From an uncultured Gammaproteobacteria bacterium (GTDB lineage Bacteria > Patescibacteriota > Patescibacteriia > Magasanikbacterales > UBA922), in assembly GCA_964447765.1 (NCBI GenBank), contig CAYUTO010000001.1, positions 205,870 to 269,869 on the forward strand: a DNA stretch of 64,000 nucleotides, in the 5' to 3' direction. Numbering within the stretch: position 1 is the stretch's first letter; every line of letters starts with the position of its first letter. The position numbers and the translations under genes are program-made. The notes beneath the pieces were generated by a model. It was not told the DNA's origin and ran no database searches. It saw only the letters and a list, made by a program, of their open reading frames with translations. Of the stretch, positions 59,601 to 64,000 are shown one piece after another.

Positions 59601-62063
59601 CGTGAGACCATTCACGACCATTGTGTCAGTAATTGAATTAGCGGGAAGCGTGATCGATCCCGTAACCGCGAAGTTGGTAGTGGTTGCGTTCGTCATGACC
59701 AATCCTCCGGTCATACTTCCTCCCTCAAGTCTGAGATACGATGAACTTGCTGCCATCCAGATAGGATCAGTTTCGGTGTAACTGGTCAGGTAACCTTCGA
59801 GTGCATGGTCTCCCCATTCATAGGCAGTTTGCCAATCAGTCGTTGAAGCAGCCAGCGGAATGGAGTAGCCAGGTAATACATAGGGAGTGAAGGTATGAGT
59901 GTCAGTATTAGACGTAATGAGTAATCCAATACCCGTTCCGGTACTGGTTGCAAATACTTGTGATGAAGCGCCTAACCCATTAAGTGAGGTGAGTCCCCCA
60001 CCAAATTCTCCGAGCTGATCAGTTCCACAAGAAAATTTACCAGTACTACTGTCATAGAGTAATTTACTAGATGATGCATTACTACAACTACTAAGATTAT
60101 TCTGGAAAAATCCACCGGTTACGGTCGTCGTTGCAATGCTGAGATACCCAGTACCGGTAGCATTGGTGAACGTAAGACCAGTAGTGTTAATATTGGTACT
60201 GGTAATGTTTGAAGCAGTGACATTTTCTGGATTGAATGAACTTGCACTCAATGTCGTGAAGAATCCGTTGGTACTAGTAATTGAAGTTCCATTTGCAGTA
60301 CCAAAGGTGGTTGAGAGGAAATTTGAAGTGGTGGCGAAGAGATTGGTTGTCGTGATAGAAGTTCCGACTAATGGACCACTAAGTGTGCCACCAGTTAAGA
60401 GGAGATAATTTGAAGCAGTGATCGTGTCAACAACCATAGCATCAGTGATGGAATTGTTTGGAAGAGTAACAACACCTGTTGCAAGTAAATTTGTAGTAGT
60501 TACGTTCGTTGTCGTGAAATTAGTTGAGTTTAAATTTGCAATGACTCCATTAGTTGCAATGAATGAAGTTGCAAACAAGTTGGTACTGGTTGCATTCGTG
60601 AAGATTCCTGCTGCAGGAGTGACTAATCCAATAGGAGTGTTGTTAATACTTCCCCCATCGATCGTGAGACCATTCACGACCATTGTATCAGTGATGGAGT
60701 TGGTTGGGAGAGTGATCTGACCCGTTGCATTGAAATTAGTAGTGGTAATGTTTGTTGCAACAATATTTGTTGGATTGAAGGTGGTGACTACCAGGTTTGA
60801 AAAGAATCCATTCGTTGAAGTAAGTGACGTACCGTTCGCCGTACCAAATGAGAGGTTAGTTGAGTTGAATGTTTCTGCAAATGCATTCGTCGTGGTAAGA
60901 CTCGTACCATTAGCAGTCGTGAATGAGAGAGCTGCAGTATTGAAGTTGGTAGAAGTTGCATTACCAAGAGTGGTTGCACCAAGGTTAGTTACCCCAGACA
61001 CATTCAAATTAGTTGAAGTAACATTAGTACCAAGAATATTAGTGAACGTAAGTGTGGTACCAGTTAAGGTACCAATGTTAGCGTTGGTTGAGGTAATACT
61101 GGTACCTACTGCTGTACCGAATGCAAGTGTAGTGAAGAAAGCGTTGGTTGAGGTAACACTTGAAATCGCAGTATTTCCAAGCACTGTTAAACCTGAAACA
61201 GAAAAATTTGTAGTAGTAGCGTTTATTCCATTTAGATCTGTGAATGAGAGACTCTCTGAAAAGAAATTAGTTGAAGTACCATTTGTAAAGGCAAGACCTG
61301 CGAGATTGGTATTACCAAATATTCGTAGTGTTCCAGAGGCACTCACACTGCCACCACCATTGACCAAGAATAATCCAGAAAGATCCGAGGTGGATGTAGC
61401 AATCATGAGACCCGTAGCCGTGAGTACCGAAGTATTAGTACCATTAGTTACTGAAACCGGACTAGTAAAATTAGTACTTGTCGCAGACCCACTACTCGTG
61501 TCTACCCCACACATGAATTTTCCCGTAGTTGCGTCATAGAGAAGTGTTTGCACTTCCATACTACAGTCTCCGAGTCCAGTCTGGAAGAATCCACCAGTAA
61601 CCGTTGAAGTTGTAAGTGTAGTGGTACCAGAAATCTGGACAGTAGTAGCAAAAACATTTGTACTCGTTACATTGGTAAATTCACTTGCAACAAAGGTTGT
61701 TGAACCAAAAATCTTCAATGTCCCCGAAGCACTTACATTACCACTACTATCGACAAAAAAGAGACCTGAGAGATTTGAGGTAGAGGTGGCGATATAGAGA
61801 CCATCCGCTCGTAGACTCGAAGATACTGATCCATTGGTAATGGAAATTGGAGTAGTAAAGCCAGGGCCAAGAGGAGTAACTCCACACTCAGGATCAGTCG
61901 GACCACACAGAGGATTCAGTGTTTCACCTGGACTATAGGTAATTGCATGTACGCCAAAAGGAGCGATTACGATCGCCATGAGAATAATGAAGCCGCTCAA
62001 CTGCAGAAAAATACTGTTTCTTACATTTCGAAAGTATTCGCTCTTCATGTATTTTTTTCTCAT
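53664..62063 (-). CDS. Giant secreted surface protein (~2,800 aa): signal/transmembrane N-terminus, Thr/Ser/Asn-rich fibre repeats, two blocks of LVIVD-type beta-propeller repeats, C-terminal intramolecular-chaperone (peptidase S74-like) domain
   Basis: The N-terminus has a transmembrane/signal segment (LSGFIILMAIVIAPFGVHA). Repeat units of about 11 aa have the form TSTN.F...L.F. LVIVD-type units such as YVSGKYAYVA...LRIIDISNPTxPSIVG are present. The C-terminal region reads SSQRFKHDIETW...LELRPVTYKR...IAEEVDLV...VDYARLVIPLISAVQSQQQQIDGL, with the auto-cleavage-type motif S-x4-K. An acidic tail follows. The start was chosen at ATG 62063. Confidence 0.8.
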   Translation of the reverse strand: MRKKYMKSEYFRNVRNSIFLQLSGFIILMAIVIAPFGVHAITYSPGETLNPLCGPTDPECGVTPLGPGFTTPISITNGSVSSSLRADGLYIATSTSNLSGLFFVDSSGNVSASGTLKIFGSTTFVASEFTNVTSTNVFATTVQISGTTTLTTSTVTGGFFQTGLGDCSMEVQTLLYDATTGKFMCGVDTSSGSATSTNFTSPVSVTNGTNTSVLTATGLMIATSTSDLSGLFLVNGGGSVSASGTLRIFGNTNLAGLAFTNGTSTNFFSESLSFTDLNGINATTTNFSVSGLTVLGNTAISSVTSTNAFFTTLAFGTAVGTSITSTNANIGTLTGTTLTFTNILGTNVTSTNLNVSGVTNLGATTLGNATSTNFNTAALSFTTANGTSLTTTNAFAETFNSTNLSFGTANGTSLTSTNGFFSNLVVTTFNPTNIVATNITTTNFNATGQITLPTNSITDTMVVNGLTIDGGSINNTPIGLVTPAAGIFTNATSTNLFATSFIATNGVIANLNSTNFTTTNVTTTNLLATGVVTLPNNSITDAMVVDTITASNYLLLTGGTLSGPLVGTSITTTNLFATTSNFLSTTFGTANGTSITSTNGFFTTLSASSFNPENVTASNITSTNINTTGLTFTNATGTGYLSIATTTVTGGFFQNNLSSCSNASSSKLLYDSSTGKFSCGTDQLGEFGGGLTSLNGLGASSQVFATSTGTGIGLLITSNTDTHTFTPYVLPGYSIPLAASTTDWQTAYEWGDHALEGYLTSYTETDPIWMAASSSYLRLEGGSMTGGLVMTNATTTNFAVTGSITLPANSITDTMVVNGLTIDGGSINNTPIGSTGASTAVFTNASSTANFFAQSLSFGTANGTSLTSTNISFTRLNGTSITSTNLAVTGALSLPTNSVTDPMVANSLTIDGGTVNNSPIGNSNPSTGVFTNVSSTNLYLVDNFTQAVDTSLTEAGTLNLSDSIRALHVSGKYAYVVTQSTGVDFHVIDVSDPTNPVELGGGITWASSAAISVYVSGKYAYVGTTAAAGSDLHVIDISNPTNPIEVGGIDLSTGVQTIYVSGKYAYVGVNSVSGNDFHIIDISNPVSPISVGGVDVSTDVNAVFVSGKYAFIGITSSTGNDLQVINISNPVSPTTAGGIDLLNTVKSIYVSGKYAYVGTNGTADPVSDFHIIDISSSTALSVVGSEDFSNDTVQSIYVAGKYAYLANSSAIGAEIYVIDISSSTAPNTIGGGFNLPDAGRAIFVSGKYAYVGNQSGGNEFHILDIGGIDAPSANIGALQVSNLNITDNFNVTNDAYVGNGLVVGIGGIKVDGALSVSGTSTSYIAGGLSVTSLTTTNLFATSSTFGSITSTNAFFSNLAFGSASIASLTSTNISFTDLSGVNVTSTNLNVSGLTNLGMTTFTNGTSTNFFSAGLQFTNLIGENITSTASFAFVNAVGTNLTGTNISFVRLNGASITTTGQSRLATTTFSGNISVGTTSISSALTVVANAPGSGLVRYQNAASNGYTSFDLFDSTNTLQFSFGHANLGVGGVLAGVNYINSNASNPISFMMNNVEAMRITGGRFVGIGTSSPQTILNLAASTTRFGGLSFGSDTYLYRLVAGTLRTDGNLNVAGNVSSSFLFVTSSVLTNVTSTNISFTRLNGTSLTSTNLNVSGLTNLGVTTLTNATSTNFFSAGLRFTNLNGTNATTTNFSFGIAVGASITSTNLFTSNLAFTNASGTNVSSSNIFVAGSFNQTALAEPSILGGVSLGGIPGEVKVFGKYAYTIGIGSDELNVIDVSNPTTPVNIGSLNDSEIFLPGDLFVTGNNVYVTAFESLHVIDVSNPTTPSVVGRVTSTAITASAVYVSGKYAYVSGDSSLQVIDISNSTNLSIVGSVVSTTALGGLSSIYVSGKYAYTTDRNTHSLRIIDISNPATPSIVGSVVSTTALNDPWSVYVSGKYAYVANESDDSLRIIDISSSTAPSIVGGIKDAANLNGARSVYVSGKYAYVAARDDDSIRIINISSSTNPVIVGGVKHVTLLDDARSVYVSGKYAYVANGAGGTFRIIDLGGIDAPSANIGALQVNTANVTDNLTVANNAYVSNGLNVGAGGISTGGLVSAGSVDVSIKSNPTIVGFVASSTALNSAISTYVSGKYAYVANLADNSLRIVDISNPTSPTIVGGVVSSTVLQGARAVYAAGKYAYVASYDANSLSVVDISNPTTPSIVGSVVSSTALNIPVALYVSGKYAYVTSFLGDSFAIVDVSNPTTPTIVSSIVSSTALNGANAVYVSGKYAYVTGSDEGRLTVLDISNPTTPIILSSMTYVAGTAGSVYVSGKYAYVAGYGGTVSVVDISNPVSSTVVGTISSSQLNGARSIQVAGKYAYVANTEDTSLRVIDISNPTQPSIVGGVVSSTALNGISSIHISGKYAYVASYGSHSLSVIDLGGIDAPSAHIGSLQSSNISVTENLTVGNNAYITSGLNVGVGGMFTDGGLGVVGTTTLRGLVVSSSLVYMPGLTAPGATSDYLCFDTGGKITHQAGNCTVSSQRFKHDIETWNDGLSTILELRPVTYKRNHDEVEELGLIAEEVDLVNKHLVIYEPSSTTPRSVDYARLVIPLISAVQSQQQQIDGLLLATAGVNSSTPRTLSEEELLYAANRPLASAMTYLVNRLSDGAGVIKDFLAERVTAVVGVFDKIRTEEMEMTDSVTGEIYCIRIANGEWEKLPGDCDLQGELMVPGPVPEESGSSSASEEAVEEPEPESVPQVDVPVEPQSDPTPPEEETVDSAPSFIDQLIQEVQDEINNSEETSEESSSTPSDSPSGEIAP
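55950..56300. repeat. Near-identical ~140 bp tandem coding repeats inside the giant gene (LVIVD units)
   Basis: The sequence GCCACATACGCATATTTTCCTGATACGTAGACGGACCGTGCA recurs at about 55.97, 56.11 and 56.25 kb. Confidence 0.6.
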
Positions 62064-62281
62064 AATTAAACAATTACGAAATAACCACAAGGCGACTATT
62101 CTCTGCCTTATTTTTACTAGTGGTAGTGTACCATATTTATGGCTTCACTACTATGAAAATGTGGTCGGGATTGTGGAGAACTTTAATCCGATACATACAT
62201 TCTATTTTTCCATCATTCCCCGCATTTTAATTCATATAAAAAATACCAGAATTCTCTGGTATTTTTTATATGAAACACTTT

Positions 62282-63538
62282 TTATTTCATTTTATCTACA
62301 ATCCGTTCAATTGCTCGTATGAATGCTGCTTTTCGTAATGGTACACTATACTTCTCAGACGTTTCCCATATCTCTCCAAAAGCACGGAGCATCTCTAATT
62401 CAAGCTTCTGGAGGACATCAACTTCGCCCCAATGCTCACTTGCTTTATTCTGCTGCCACTCAAAACAGCTCACCGTAACTCCCCCTGCATTTGCGAGTAC
62501 ATCTGGAACGACTACCACTCCTTTGCTATTCAAAATTTCATCCGCCTCAGGAGTTGTCGGACCATTTGCAAGTTCCACAATAGTCTTTGCCTGTACACGC
62601 GGTGCATTCAGCTCAGTAATCGCTCCTTCAAGTGCTGCAGGAACAAGAATATGGACGGAAAGTTCCAGTAATTCCTCGTTTGATATATCTTTTCCCCCTA
62701 CAAAACCTTTTACACTTCCTGTCTGTTCTTTGTGTTCATGTAATTTTTTGATGTCCAATCCTTCTTCATTATATATTCCACCTTTAGAGTCACTTGCTCC
62801 TACAATTCTAAAACCTTTAGTAGAAAGAATATCCGCCATATGACTACCTGCATTCCCAAATCCCTGAATTGCAATAGTAGTTTCACTTGGATTGAAGTTC
62901 ATTTTTTTACTCAATTCGTGAACACAATATACACCGCCCTGAGCTGTCGCGTATTCGCGCACTTCTGAGCCACCATGCTGTAATGGTTTCCCCGTAATCA
63001 TACCCGGGTCTTTTTTCCCTGAGAGATCTTCAAATTCTTCCCGCATCCACTGCATGATTTCTCCATTGGTATATACATCGGGCGCTGGAATATCAATATC
63101 AGACCCTAGATATCTCCAGAGCTGTTTCACATACCCTCGAGACAATTGTTCAAGTTCAGTTTTGGATAATTTTTTAGGATCCACTATTACACCCCCTTTT
63201 CCTCCCCCCAAAGGAAGACAAAAAGCAGCACATTTTAAAGTCAGCCAAAATGAGAGAGCTTTTACCTCGTCATACGTAACCCCGTGATGATATCGTATGC
63301 CCCCTTTATATGGCCCCAAGACATTATTGTATTGTGATCGATAGCCTGTAAATATTTTTATTTCTCCCGAATCCATGGTAACTGGAATTGAAACTTCAAT
63401 TACTCGGTCAGGATGAGATAATAGTTCAACTTTTTCAGATGACAGATTTATTACTTCTGCTGCTTTTTTTAGTTGTTCCATCGCATTTTCAAATGCACTT
63501 TTCATAATATAGATTTTTTGTTTGTGTAAAATAGTCAC
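62282..63538 (-). CDS. gdhA: Glutamate dehydrogenase (Glu/Leu/Phe/Val dehydrogenase family)
   Basis: The sequence GPYKGGIRYHHGVTYDEVKALSFWLTLKCAAFCLPLGGGKGG is the GDH signature. The NAD(P)-binding GFGNAG motif is also present. Confidence 0.9.
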   Translation of the reverse strand: MTILHKQKIYIMKSAFENAMEQLKKAAEVINLSSEKVELLSHPDRVIEVSIPVTMDSGEIKIFTGYRSQYNNVLGPYKGGIRYHHGVTYDEVKALSFWLTLKCAAFCLPLGGGKGGVIVDPKKLSKTELEQLSRGYVKQLWRYLGSDIDIPAPDVYTNGEIMQWMREEFEDLSGKKDPGMITGKPLQHGGSEVREYATAQGGVYCVHELSKKMNFNPSETTIAIQGFGNAGSHMADILSTKGFRIVGASDSKGGIYNEEGLDIKKLHEHKEQTGSVKGFVGGKDISNEELLELSVHILVPAALEGAITELNAPRVQAKTIVELANGPTTPEADEILNSKGVVVVPDVLANAGGVTVSCFEWQQNKASEHWGEVDVLQKLELEMLRAFGEIWETSEKYSVPLRKAAFIRAIERIVDKMK

Positions 63539-63541
63539 GCA

Positions 63542-64000
63542 TTATGACTGTCTCTTGAGTCTTCTAACTACGAACCATACAACAAGAGCAATCACTCCCC
63601 ATACAGGTGCAAATACAACAACTCGAATAACAATACTTACAAATTCTTTACCAAATTCTACCAATGAGCGCAAGGCCTCCTTGATTTCACCTACCAATTT
63701 CCATTCATTAGAATCATCTAGAATAGGAAGTGATGAACTATCAGAAGACAAATAAACAGTAATGGTTGAATAATCAGCGCTTTCACTGAGATATTTTATC
63801 CGACCTTCAATACTCTCGATTGACGAGCGCACATTCATCAATTCTCGTTGTACCGCCAAAATATCTTGAATCTGTGTAGCTCGCTTCATAATTTCAAGAA
63901 ATTGTGTCTCAGTGGCTCGCAGATTATTCAACTGTGCTTCCAAATCAACAAACTCTTCAGTTACATCTTGTCCGTTAATCGATTCGCTTCTAACTTCTCC
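63542..64000 (-). CDS. DUF4349-like protein (coiled-coil with a C-terminal transmembrane helix), C-terminal part only; the 5' end lies beyond the window end
   Basis: The reading frame stays open to position 64000. The C-terminal transmembrane segment reads VVVFAPVWGVIALVVWFVV. Confidence 0.45.
   Translation of the reverse strand, partial: GEVRSESINGQDVTEEFVDLEAQLNNLRATETQFLEIMKRATQIQDILAVQRELMNVRSSIESIEGRIKYLSESADYSTITVYLSSDSSSLPILDDSNEWKLVGEIKEALRSLVEFGKEFVSIVIRVVVFAPVWGVIALVVWFVVRRLKRQS

Noticed and set aside
55171-61539. Multiple plus-strand ORFs (for example 56365-56865, 59269-59781, 60730-61539) inside the giant gene
   Set aside because: They are reading-frame echoes of the repetitive Thr/Asn-rich coding sequence on the other strand. 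Their translations are low-complexity V/T/P/F-rich mirror sequences with no start context.
53664-62090. Periodic repeats in the giant gene considered as a possible CRISPR array
   Set aside because: The repeats are in-frame coding units (LVIVD blades and the TSTN fibre). Lengths of about 140 bp and 33 bp are variable and imperfect. There are no unique spacers between identical repeats, and no cas genes are nearby except the isolated Cas4-like nuclease in the RM island.

Overview
This 64 kb window looks like a chromosomal segment of a small-genome, roughly 40% GC bacterium. The gene content resembles CPR/Patescibacteria: a truncated AlaRS, a ComEC split into two genes, type IV pilus and competence genes, many small DUF proteins and a giant surface protein. 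That taxonomic placement is inference only. Almost all genes are on the minus strand.

Recognisable housekeeping genes are guaC (partial), alaS, mnmA, murG, ftsW, rpmA, msrA, arfB, recQ, gatC and gatA, ligA, leuS, gdh, and tRNA-Ser(GGA).

Accessory content worth attention:
- **Defence island (19.0-27.8 kb):** a tightly coupled five-gene operon of an SNF2-family helicase, a type III Mod methyltransferase, a type III Res helicase-endonuclease, a T5orf172/DUF4357 nuclease-like protein and a Cas4-like PD-(D/E)XK nuclease. A standalone FtsK-gamma gene follows it. The combination does not match a named defence system that I can recognise.
- **Giant surface protein (53.7-62.1 kb):** a roughly 2,800 aa secreted protein with Thr/Asn-rich fibre repeats, two blocks of LVIVD-like beta-propeller repeats and a phage-tailspike-type C-terminal intramolecular-chaperone domain. 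It lies next to a pilD-pilin-pilM-comEC locus.
- **LeuS with an embedded Nudix domain:** a complete Nudix hydrolase box sits where the leucyl-specific domain normally is.
- **Dispersed repeat family:** a ~50 bp inverted-repeat element occurs at least three times. One pair flanks a GxxExxY (PD-(D/E)XK) gene, which suggests a small mobile cassette.
- **Candidate ncRNAs:** a 540 bp ORF-free region between gatC and ligA holds two promoter- and terminator-delimited structured RNAs of unknown identity.
- **GC-rich islands:** several GC-rich patches, including a small gene with a consensus promoter and terminator, a two-gene cassette after alaS, and a long hairpin after arfB.
- **Other repeats:** palindromic intergenic motifs and coding tandem repeats. 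No CRISPR array and no rRNA genes are present.

All protein family assignments rest on reading motifs in the translations by eye, without database searches.
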